64,000 nucleotides of DNA from the human T2T-CHM13v2.0 reference genome, Homo sapiens: assembly GCF_009914755.1 (NCBI RefSeq), contig NC_060929.1; one strand, written 5' to 3'. The position numbers were made by a program, and so were the translations under genes. The notes beneath the pieces are model-generated. The model was not told the origin of the DNA, made no database searches, and worked only from the letters and a program-made list of their open reading frames with translations. The stretch's first letter is position 1, and each line of letters begins with the position of its first letter. Below, piece after piece: positions 29,960-46,863 of this stretch.

Positions 29960-31160
29960 ATTTAATTTGAAGTAAGGGTTTTCATAAATAGTTGATATGT
30001 TTTAACCTGTATTTCCAGCACAATTAGTTGAAGTGGCTTTTCTTTCCTTATTCAATTGCCTTAGCAGCTTTGTATATGTGCAGGGATATTCGAGGACTTT
30101 TTCTTCGGTTCCATTGCTCTATTCATTTACCTTTACACTATTTCCATGGTTTTTATTACTGCAGTTTTATTGGAATTCCAAAATAATCTAGAACATCTCC
30201 TGAAAATTTGTCCTTCTATCAAGTGTTTTCTTTATTCAAGGCCCTTTGTATTTTTCAAGCCAATTTTAGAAACAATGTGTCAATTTCTACCAAAAAAAAA
30301 GCCCATTGGAATTTTGATTAAGACTGCATTTAATCTGTGTATTATTTTGGAAGTGATTGACATCATACTTTATTATTATCTTCCAAGCTATGAAGATGAT
30401 ATATCTCTTCATTTATCAGGTCTTATTTAATTCACTCAGCAATATTGTATAGATTTCAGTGTAGAGCTCTTGCACATCTTGTGTTAATTCATAAGTGTAT
30501 TATTTTTATTCTATTTTAAATGACTTCTATATTTCACTTTCCAATTTTTCTCCTTATATGTAGAAATACAATTAATTTTTGACTCGACCTTGTATTCCAC
30601 AGCTTGTTAAATTCACTTCTGATTTGTTGATTCATTGGGCTTTTCAATGTATACTGTCATGTTATCTAGGAATAAAGGTAGCTTCATTTCTTCCCCTCCA
30701 ATCTTAATTCCTTTTATTTATTTGTCTTACTTCCTTGTACTGGCAGGTTACTGTGTTGATAACTGTAGGTTTGTTGTAGATACATTTGATCAGATTGAGG
30801 AAGTTCTCCCCGTAGGTAATATGCTGCGAATGTATTTTATTTATTATAAATGAGTTGATTGTATTGATTTTTTTACTTTATTCTGTTAATAATCAATACA
30901 ATTGATTAACTTTTAAATATTAAATCAAGCTTTCATTCCTGGGATAAATTCCAATTGGCTGTAATATATTATACATTTTACATATTGCTGTGTGCAATTT
31001 GCTAATATTTTGTAAGGATTTTTGTATCAATTTTCATGATCGTTTTTGATCTATAATTTTCAATGTCTTTGCGTAAAAGTTTACACAATATTAATATTAT
31101 TTATTTTTTAAAAGTGAATATAATTCATCAGTGAAACCAGCTGGTACTAGAGAATAATTA
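29960..31160 (-). mobile_element. Old L1M ORF2 fragment
   Basis: Antisense ORF2 motifs TTCCAGCAC, TTGGAATTTTGATTAAGACTGCATTTAATCTG and CATTCCTGGGATAAAT. Confidence 0.7.
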
Positions 31161-31422
31161 GTGTATTTTTCAAGTACAGAGAAGAATAATAAAAGAATTC
31201 TTACAAAGAAGTATTTTGCCAATCTTTAACACTAGCCTCTATTTTTTTTATTTTCCTCTCATTTTTCATGTAATTGTTTAATATTGTGAGTAAAAAGAGA
31301 ACTAAGACAATAAAGATGTCATTAAAAATTCCCATCAGAGCATTTCATTTTCCCTGGCGATTGAAACTAGCTGGACAAAATAGAACATCAACTGCTAAAG
31401 GAATCACTCAAATGTAGTATTA

Positions 31423-32646
<1,224 letters not shown>

Positions 32647-33053
32647 AAAAGTAGTATTAGTACAGGAAGTCAGTTGTTCTGATTTCTTTTTATAAAGGCA
32701 AATTTTTCAAGGATCAGGAGAGTTTATGTGGGTAAGACAAACGGAACAGTATTTTTCGAAATTAAAGTAGAGTTCATTCATCTATTAAAGATGATGTAAA
32801 TGTCAGTACAGTCTTCCTTGCAATCAGAATTTCCTCTTAGCTAATTGAGAAATGGATAGATAGAAATTCAAATATCTATGTCTTCCATATCCTTCTCCCT
32901 ATTCAAGCCCTGCTTCCTTATTCTTAGAAAAGTGTAGATTAATCTATAATCAGTAACAGCTATTGCTGTTTGTCTAATTTCTATTGAGCTAGTTAATATT
33001 GCAGAAGTTTAATTCTCCAAATACCAGCCTAGTTAGCATGTTTAACACATATG

Positions 33054-33076
33054 CACACACACACACACACACACAC
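33054..33076. repeat. (CA)n microsatellite
   Basis: CA run. Confidence 0.9.
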
Positions 33077-33519
33077 CCCACTCATATTTGAAAAACACCA
33101 CACAAAGTAGTGGCATATAATATATGAAAAAAATCACTGTCCTTCAAGGAGAAAAATATAAGGGAAAAAATATAACCCTTGTATATGCAGCTCATCACAT
33201 GCAAAAACACAGTACTGGTCTGTTATATTATTATATTTTTCCCCATTTACTTTTCCTTTATGCAGCTCTTTAGCCAGCATTTTTAGATGCTTTGCCAAGC
33301 AGAGTGATTTATATTTTTATTTTTTAGATATGGAAGGCACTTTATAGTTCTTCCTGATAAAAGTAGTAACATTCCTAAAATATTTATTAGCAAATCTATT
33401 TTCCTTTGATATTCCAGAGGTATTATTCCAGAGAATGTGACCTTATTTTCGGCCTCCTCTCATAATGACATTAATAATCACAAATGATCAGATGAGATTC
33501 AGTTTTTTAAGTTTTAGTT

Positions 33520-33985
33520 TCAGTTTCCAATCATTATCATTTTTGGTTCTTAGTTGAAAATAAATGAATTCATTTTGGCTAGTTTTAGTAGAAAGGAATA
33601 TTCTAAGGAGTATGGACAGCTTTTCTAAATTATCATCAGAGCTGAAGCATTAACTCTTGTTTGCACCTCAAAGAACAAGGCACTTCAAAGATGCTTCGAA
33701 TTCTGCCATTGTCAGGCTATTACAATATCAGCAAGCCATAGCAAAAGTTGCTGGTGCCAAGAGGATTTTGACTTTGTGACAACACAACCAGAAAAATATA
33801 GATCCCATTCTTACAAAATCTAATTCTGTGTTAAAAAATCTTCCGTGTTCACATCTGATTGGCTCAACAGTGATCACATAGTGAGCTAAAGCTGCAAGAG
33901 AATCTGAAAAAAAGATGTAGTTTTTATTATTCTATCTCCTCCACATGAGAAGTGGTTTGGAATGGGTATTGAGCAGTTCATTTAC
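33520..33985 (-). mobile_element. Old MLT1 (J/K-like) LTR
   Basis: CACATCTGATTGGCT…GATCACAT…AGCTGCAAGAGAATCTGAAAAA motif. Confidence 0.4.
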
Positions 33986-34099
33986 AATATAAAATACTCT
34001 TGGGGAAAAACTACTTCTTTTCTGAATAATTAAACCTCTACTCTACCAGAGCCCAGAGTAGAAAACAGATAAAACATTCTGCAAGAGAGCTTCCAAGCT

Positions 34100-34440
34100 C
34101 ATCAGTTTTTATCTACCTGAAGCCACTGAGAGGACTTCAATAGGACATTATTACTTTTCCAATGTTTCCAGATATTGGATTGCATAACAATACCAGTGAA
34201 TCTCAGACATAGGTACCTATTAACTTACTTTATTTCCCCATTAAGTGCATTGGTATGCCCATGCACTATTGTGTGGAAATACACGATGGAATGTAGAGAA
34301 TTTGGTAAGCCCACAAATGACTGCCAGAGGTAAATTCAAACTATGTCTTAAAAGAAAATAAAATGTTGACTGCTCACTTCATGATGAAAGGGACCTAGTA
34401 GAATCAATCTGCCACCAGGTGACATGTAGCATACCTTAAT
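34100..34440 (-). mobile_element. ERVL integrase relic
   Basis: CATGATGAAAGGGACCTAGTAGAATCAATCTGCCACCAGGTG is the antisense of an ERVL TWWQ(V/I)D-like motif. Confidence 0.5.
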
Positions 34441-36723
34441 TCATGTTAGCATGAAGGAGTCTCAGGAATGGTTGAATTGCTTAAAAATGTGTGACTTCAG
34501 TTGCCACATGGGGTTCCAGATTGTCTTTACCTCCAGATTGAGATATCTTCTCAACCCCTGACCATCCGACTACACTGTTAGCCACTGGCTGCTCTACCTC
34601 TTCTTCTAAGTCAAGTAAATAATAAAAGTGTCCAACTCAATATTCTGCCAATTGCCCTTTCGGTACACCAATGATACAAGCTGTAATGGCACAAGATTCT
34701 ATCTAGATGGAGTGGACTTATTTTTAGCAACCCACAGAAGCTTAAATTTTATTTTATGACATCATCAGTCCAGAATTTGGGATCTAGATTTGAGTCTTTT
34801 ATGTTATTTAATGCTGTCAAAAAATATATTGTGTATTTCTCTTGTTCTGGCCCCTTTCTATTTGCTTTAAAATTTTCTACACTATCATTTGTTCACTTCC
34901 CTAGAGTTTCAAACTCAGTGAACTTATATGGTCAGTGGATCACAGGAGACAGCCTGATTAACTTGTTTTGTCCCCATGTATCATAGGTTACTTGCCATCC
35001 TCCGATTTGAAAAGGACTAAATACATATCAATCTTCCTTGGCCAGACATTTAATTCTAAATATTCCACATGTCCCTAAAGATCTGTGCCTAATATTCACT
35101 CTCTGGGACCTATAACTGTGTAATTCAAGATTCCACTTTGTTGACAAGGAAAAGAAACCAACGCTGGAAAATTTATTTGATTTATTTCAAAGATTTATTT
35201 GAAAAATAGCTGGGGTAGAAAACAGAAATCAAAGAAACAACTGAAAAAGTGATGCCAGGAGAAAAATTGAATCCGGAAATTTCTGGAGACCTTCACAACA
35301 GTAATAAACAGGTCTTTCTAAGAACTGTTCATCAAAGTAATACTGTTCCATCAAATTCTTTTGTTACATTGTCCATTTTCAAATTCCTTGGGTAATTTCT
35401 CTGATTGACTCAGTTTAAAATTGTTTTTAAGAGAGTAGATTTGAGAAGGCAGAGGCCAGGTGACATGGCAGTTAAGAGTTAGTGGGTCTGCTGTGTTGAG
35501 GTTGTCTCCAGAGAAAGGGAAGCCATCAGAATATATTAAACTATTTTCTTAGGCCATCATGGTAAGATAGTGAATCATTAATGACACAGGTCATGCTTAA
35601 GTCTCCGAAACTTCTTGTCTAACCCGGATGTTTTTCTTTCCTCTCTACTTTTTCCTCAGTATCAGTAGTTATATATAAAATTCTCTTTTTTTGCCCATTA
35701 AATTTGGATGATGTATTAGTCTCTCTGAGAGTTTACCAGTTGTATTCTTTATTAATACATTTGCTAAAATCATGATTCAACAAGGTATTATTAAAATTTT
35801 TCCCTTGTTGGGTTGAACTGTTTATTTCAGCTAATTTCGTATCTGTTAAATATTTCAACACATGTAAAATCCATAAAATGTATATTTTGTTAGATTAAAA
35901 TTTTATTTCACTTGCCTGGAGCTAACTTTTATTTGCATTTTAAAAAGTTATCAGAAGTGTGCTGAGAATGGAAAATAGCACTCAAGTTTCTGAAGTAACT
36001 ATTTAGTCATTTAATTATTAGTTTTATTTAGAAAAAGTTTCACTAAGGTCAAATACAAAGAAAATTACTAGACAAGAAAGGTCATTGCTATTAGACAAGA
36101 TTCAAGAAAGACAAGAATTGCAAGATCATGGCACCCAATACTATTGTTTTACCTTTCCTTTCTGGCTCTGGAGCACTTTTATTCATGCCATGGTCATTTG
36201 AATGTCATTGAGTTGGATGTTGTGTTCATGCAATCCCTTGGCAGGATTGTGTAAATGTAAAAAAGTACTGGAGAAACTGCTGTCAAAAAAAAATTATTTT
36301 GTGATTTCTAAATGAAGGTAGCCTGTATAATTGCTACATTTGTCACATGAAAGAAGCTATGTGATTACATTTCCACATCTTTAAATAACCTCAATGATTT
36401 TACACTTTTCTCCATTGTACATTTATACTGTTCATTTGACTGTATAATACTGTTTGTTAGTCTTTCAGACATTTTTGGGAAAGATACCAAGTGTTTCTGC
36501 TCTTTTCCACATATATGGAATAATTGGTGGCTGGCATAAACTCTAACAATAAGAAGACAATTTTTCACAGGAAATAGTTTGTAAGTTACATTTACTAATA
36601 ATATAAAGAGGTGTGGTTAGAAAAGGTTGTAATGTTAAAGAAATGACTGCTAATCCACACAAGAGCTATACACACAAATCTGCCACTAGATTAATATACA
36701 AGGAGAACAAACTGAGGAAGGGG

Positions 36724-36772
36724 GCTTGAAAGAATAACTTCAATGAGTGCTTGAAAGAATAACTTCAATGAG
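36724..36772. repeat. Perfect 25-bp tandem duplication
   Basis: GCTTGAAAGAATAACTTCAATGAG-T-GCTTGAAAGAATAACTTCAATGAG. Confidence 0.95.
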
Positions 36773-37277
36773 GGATTAGACCTTGAGGCATGTGAATGTA
36801 CTAAGCCATGATACAAAACAAACTGAAAAAACGAATATCGTATTATCAAGAAATGGTACTGAACAATCAAGTGTAAGATACAATGTTAGTCTTTAGAGGG
36901 TAAAAAAACCATATTTTTGCTATGCTGTTTATTTCCATTTTAATTAAATCCATATATGTACAAATTAAGTAGAATCGATTAAGTACTATTTGAATATACC
37001 AATCACATAAGAACATAGGATTTAATTTTGGCTACTAATAGTCTTCACAACAAGACAGAGAACCATTTGTGTAGGTGGAGACATTTATTATATACATTAT
37101 ATCCTGCATTGTTAGATAAATGTCTGCATTGGACACAAAGAAAATAAGTAATAATTTTAATATTTTGAATGAAAAGTATGAATAACAAGGTTAAGATTTA
37201 TTTGGCATAAAAAAATGTAAAAGAATTGTTTTATTTGGGTGACTAGTGTCTCCTGCTATAAATTACTCCTAAGAATT

Positions 37278-37660
37278 TATAACAGATGCCAGGACAAATG
37301 ACATGTAGGCACTAATGGGTATGAAATGAATTTTATTACTCACACAGTAAGCCACAAAAATATTTCCCAAGGTGAAGGGCTCAGATTTTGAAAGAAGCGA
37401 AACAAGAGAAAAGCAGAGAGCAGACGTTGGGGTCCTTATAATGGCTAGGGGTTGTGGCTGGAGAAGAGACCACATGCAGGGTGGGAATTCACCACAGAGT
37501 TTGTACCCAGCTGCAAAGGATGAGTGGAGCACAGAAACTCCTTTATCTTAGTTGCCCAGTGTCGGGTAGCAGGAAAGAAAGATGGGAATCTGAAAGCCGC
37601 CAGGTCAAACACTAAAAGAGGAACCCATCTCTTAATTATTAGAATAAAAGTAGAAGAAAT
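37278..37660 (-). mobile_element. Probable old LTR (family not assigned)
   Basis: Antisense poly(A) signal (TTTTATT near 37331) and a TATA-like element near 37437 at LTR-like spacing, in a GC-richer island. Confidence 0.35.
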
Positions 37661-39500
37661 CATCAATTTAGAAGCTGTGGTGCAGTGAGGAGAAGATGGG
37701 GATAGGTAAACAGGGCTTTAAATTAGAAAATGAGACTCTCGTATAGGTTTATCAGGTGAGAAAATTGCTGTAAGTCTAAGAATTTGGGCAAGGCCTGGGC
37801 ACTGTCTCTGGGAGTGACGTTTAAGTGACTAGGAGCTGGAGTGTGCTAAGAGGCAATTGAGGAGAGGATTTGAGAGTGGTTTTGATGGGGTCTACTTAAC
37901 TGATGTTAAGGGGATATAGTGACAGGGGATGTGGTGTGAATATCACGGGTGAAGATTTCCTTTTCTCATTCAGAGAAATGTCCAAAGCAGGTAATACATG
38001 TTTGGTTTGAGAATTTAATAATCACCTTTAGTAAGACAGAATATTTAAAGTTTCTTAAAGTAAAATTATACATTTGCTGAAAAATAATGTAATCTATAAA
38101 TATTTATTGAAAATCTACCTGGTATCATGCATCATGTTAAAAGCTCTAGTGCATATAAAGATTGATATCTTCAAAAGCATGAATATTATCCTAACATGTA
38201 AAATATTATTTTCCAGAAATATAGACTTTGTTGGGAAACACTGCATATTATAAAACCTGATTGTTTTCTATATCTTATATTCAGTAAATATTTTTTTCTA
38301 TGCTAAGAGACAAAACGTTATGCCATTCATCCTAAAAATTTTTTCAGAAGGTGCTATGGTTTTACTTTTTTAAAAATTTTTATTTTTAGTTCTGGGGTAC
38401 ATGTGTAGGATGCACAGGTTTGTTACATAGGTAAACATGTGCCATGGTGGTTTGCTGCACCTATCAACCCATCACTTAGGCATTAAGCCCAGCATGCATT
38501 AGCTATTTTACCTAATGCTTTTGCTCACCCCACCTCACCCCCGATAGGCCCCAGTGTATGTTGTTCCCCTCCCTGTGTCCATGTGTTCTCATTATTCAGC
38601 TCCCACTTATAAATGAGAACATGTGGTGTTTGGTTTTCTGTTCCTGCATTTATTTGCTGAGGATAATGGCTTCCAGTTCCATCCATGTTCCTGTAAAGGA
38701 CATGATCTCATTCCTTTTTATGGCTGCACTGTATTCCATCATGTATACATACCACATTTTGTTTATCCAGTCTATCATTGATAGGCATTGTGGTTGCTTC
38801 AATGTCTTTGCTATTGTGAATAGTGTTGTAATGACCATACACATGCATGTATCTTTGTAACAGAATAATTCATATTACTTTGGGTATATATCCAGTAATG
38901 GGATTGCTGGGTTGAATGGCATTTCTGCTTCCAGATCGTTGAGGAATCACCACACAGTTTTCCACAAAGGTAGAACTAATCAACATTCCCACTAACAGTG
39001 TAAAACTACATCTTGAGTTCATTTATAACGTGTGAGGAAGGGGTCCAGTTTTTATTTTTTTTAATTTCTCCACAACCTCACCAGCATCTGTTGTTTCCTG
39101 ACTTTTTAATAACTGCCATTCTGACTGGCATGAGATGGTGTCTCATTGTAGTTTATTTGCATTTCTCTAACGATCGGTGATGTTGAGCTTTTTTCACATG
39201 TTTTTTGGCTGCATGAATGTCTTCTTTTGAGAAGTGTCTGTTCATGTCCTTTGCCAACTTTTTTTAAATTAATTAATTAATTTATTTATTATTATTATAC
39301 TTTAAGTTTTAGGCTACATGTGCACAATGTGCAGGTTAGTAACATATGTATACATGTGCCATGCTGGTGCACTGCACCCACTAACTCGTCATCTAGCATT
39401 AGGTATATCTCCCAATGCTATCCCTCCGCCCCCTACCCACAACCCACAACAGTCCCCAGAGTGTGATGTTCCCCTTCCTGTGTCCATGTGTTCTCATTGT

Positions 39501-43323
<3,823 letters not shown>

Positions 43324-43386
43324 TATGATGTTAGCTGGTTATTTTGCTCGTTAGTTGATGCAGTTTCTTCCTAGCCTCGATGGTCT

Positions 43387-44404
43387 TTACATTTTGGCAT
43401 GATTTTGCAGCGGCTGGTACCGGTTGTTCCTTTCCATGTTTAGCGCTTCCTTCAGGACCTCTTGTAGGGCAGGCCTGGTGGTGACAAAATCTCTCAGCAT
43501 TTGCTTGTCTGTAAAGTTTTTTATTTCTCCTTCACTTATGAAGCTTAGTTTGGCTGGATATGAAATTCTGGGTTGAAAATTCTTTTCTTTAAGAATGTTG
43601 AATATTGGCCCCCACTCTCTTGTAGCTTGTAGAGTTTCTGCTGAGAGATCTGCTGTTAGTGTGATGGGCTTCCCTTTGAGGGTAACCTGACCTTTCTCTC
43701 TGGCTGCTCTTAACATTTTTTCCTTCATTTCAACTTTGGTGAGTCTGACAATTATGTGTCTTGGAGTTGCTTTTCTCGAGGAGTATCTTTGTGGCGTTCT
43801 CTGTATTTCCTGAATCTGAATGTTGGCCTGCCTTGCTAGATTGGGGAAGTTCTCCTGGATAATATCCTGCAGAGTGTTTTCCAACTTGGTTCCATTCTCC
43901 CCGTCACTTTCAGGTACACCAATCAGACGTAGATTTGGTCTTTTCACATAGTCCCATATTTCTTGCTGGCTTTGCTCGTTTCTTTTTATTCTTTTTTCTC
44001 TGAACTTCCCTTCTCACTTCATTATTTCATTCATTTCATCTTCCATCACTGATACCCTTTCTTCCAGTTGATCGCATCAGCTCCTGAGGCTTCTGCATTC
44101 TTCATGTAGTTCTCAAGCCTTGGTTTTCAGCTGCATCAGCTCCTTTAAGCACTTCTCTGTATTAGTTATTCTAGTTATACATTCTTCTAAGTTTTTTTCA
44201 AAGTTTTCAACTTCTTTGCCTTTGGTTTGAATGTCCTCCTGTAGCTCGAAGTAATTTGATCTTCTGAAGCCTTCTTCTCTCAGCTTGTCAGTCATTCTCC
44301 GTCCTGCTTTGTTCCGTTGCTGGTGAGGAACTGCGTTCCTTTGGAGGAGGAGAGGTGCTCTGCTTTTTAGAGTTTCCAGTTTTTCTGTTCTGTTTTTTCC
44401 CCAT
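43387..44404 (-). pseudogene. L1 ORF1p, disrupted
   Basis: ATG at 44402-44404, a frameshift near 44290 and TGA at 44113-44115. The C-terminal KRPNLRLIGVPE…LQNHAKM is intact. Confidence 0.92.
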
Positions 44405-45305
44405 CTTTGTGGTTTTATGTACTTTTGGTCTTTGATGATGGTGATATACAGATGGGTTTTTGGTGTGGATGTCCTTTATGTTTGTTAGTTTTCCTTCTAA
44501 CAGACAGGACCCTCAGCTGCAGGTCTGTTGGAGTACCTGGCCGTGTGAGGTGTCAGTCTGCCCCTGCTAGGGGGTGCCTCCCTGTTAGCTGCTCGAGGGT
44601 CAGGGGTCAGGGACCCACTTGAGGAGGCAGTCTGCCCATTCTCACATCTCCAGCTGCGTGCTGGGAGAACCACTGCTCTCTTCAAAGCTGTCAGACAGGG
44701 ACACTTAAGTCTGCAGAAGTTACTGCTGTCTTTTTGTTTGTCTGTGCCCTTCCCCCAGAGGTGGAACCTACAGAGGCAGGCAGGCCTCCTTGAGCTGTGG
44801 TGGGCTCCACCCAGTTGGAGCTTCCTGGCTGCTTTGTTTACCTAAGCAAGCCTGGTCAATGGTGGGCGCCCCTCCCCCAGCCTCGCTATCGCCTTGCAGT
44901 TTGATCCCAGACTGCTGTGCTAGCAATCAGTGAGACTCCGTGGGCGTAGGACCCTCCGAGCCAGGTGCTGGACACAATCTCTTCGTGCGCCGTTTTTAAG
45001 CCCATCGGAAAAGCGCAGTATTCGGGTGGGAGTGACCCGATCTTCCAGGTGCCATCTGTCACCCCTTTCTTTGACTAGGAAAGGGAACTCCCTGACCCCC
45101 TGCGCTTCCCGAGTGAGGCAATGCCTCGCCCTGCTTCGGCTCACGCACGGTGCGTGCACCCACTGACCTGGGCCCACTGTCTGGCACTGCCTAGTGAGAT
45201 GAACCCGGTACCTCAGATGGAAATGCAGAAATCACCCGTCTTCTGCGTCGCTTATGCTGGGTGCTGTAGACCAGAGCTGTTCCTATTCGGCCATCTTGGC
45301 TCCTC
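44405..45305 (-). promoter_or_regulatory. L1PA3 5' UTR internal (sense/antisense) promoter
   Basis: CpG-rich. YY1 site CAAGATGGCCG (45288-45298), RUNX3 site TGCATTTCCATCTGAGGTA (45209-45227) and SOX AACAAA motifs near 44733 and 44833 are all present. Confidence 0.75.
44859..44933 (+). pseudogene. L1 ORF0, truncated at codon 25
   Basis: ATG at 44859 gives MVGAPPPASLSPCSLIPDCCASNQ*, with TGA in place of the consensus CGA. Confidence 0.8.
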
Positions 45306-45862
45306 TGATCCTTTGCCAACTTTTTAATGGTGTTGTTTTTTTCTTGTTAATTTTTTTGAGTTCCTTGTAGGTTCTGGATATTAGACCTTTGTCAGATAGA
45401 TAGATTGCAAAAATTTTCTCTCACTCTGTAGGTTGCCTGTTCACTCTGGTGATAGTTTCTTTTGCTGTGCAGAATCTTTTTAGTTTAATTAGATTCCATT
45501 TGTCAATTTTGGCTTTTGTTGCAATTGCTTTTGGTGATTTCATCATGAAATCTGCCTGTGGTTATGTTCTGAATGGTATTTCCTAGACTTTCTTCTAGAG
45601 TTTATATAGTTTTGTGTTTTACATTTAAATCTTTAATCCATCTTGAGTTAATTTATAACATGTGAGGAATGGGTCCAGTTTCAGTTTTCTGCATATGGCT
45701 AGCCGGTTCTCCCAGCGCCATTTATTAAGTAGGGAATACTTTCCCCATTGCTTGTTTTTGTCAGGTTTGTCAAAGATCAGATGTGCGGTAGATATGCGGT
45801 CTTATGTCTGAGTTATCCGTTCTGTTCCGTTGGTCCATGTGTCTGTTTTTGTACCAGTACTA

Positions 45863-45955
<93 letters not shown>

Positions 45956-46770
45956 TTATATGAGCCCATTTTTTGTTTCTTATGAATTTTAATATAGTTT
46001 TTTCTAACTCTGTGAAGAATGTCAGTGGTAGCTCAATGGAAATAGCACTGAATCTATAAATTACGTTGAACAGTATGGCCATTTTCATGATATTGATTCT
46101 TTTTATCCACAAACATGGAATATTTTTCCTTTTGTTTGTGTTCTCTCTGGTTTCCTTGAGCAGTGGTTTGTAGCTCTCTTTGAAGAGGTCTTTCTCTTTC
46201 CTTGTTGGCTGTGTTCCTAGGTATTTTATTCTCTTTGTAGCAATTGTGAATGGGAGTTTATTCATTATTTGGCTCTCTGCTTGCCTGTTGTTGGTGTATG
46301 GGAATGCTCTGCACATTGATTTTGTATCCTGAGATTTTGCTTAAGTTGCTTATCAGCTTAAGAAGCTTTCGGGCTGAGATGAGGGGTTTTCTAGATATAG
46401 GTTCATGTCATCTGCAAACAAAGACAATTTGACTTTCTCTCTTCCTATTTGAATACACCTTCTTTCTTTCTCTTGCCTAATTTCTCTGGCCAGAACTTCC
46501 AATACTATGTTGAACAGGAGTGATGAGAGAGGGCATCCTTTTCTTGTGCTGGTTTTCAAGGGAAATGCTTCCAGTTTTGCCCATTGTGTATGATATTGGC
46601 TGTGGTTTTATCATAAATGGCTCTTTTTATTTTGAGTTATGTTCCTTTAATACCTAGTTTATCATGAGTTTTTAACATGAAGGTATGTTGAATTTTATTG
46701 AGGGCCTTTTCTATATCTATTGAGATCATCATGTGGTTTTTGTCTTTAGATCTGTTTATGTGATTAATTA

Positions 46771-46863
<93 letters not shown>

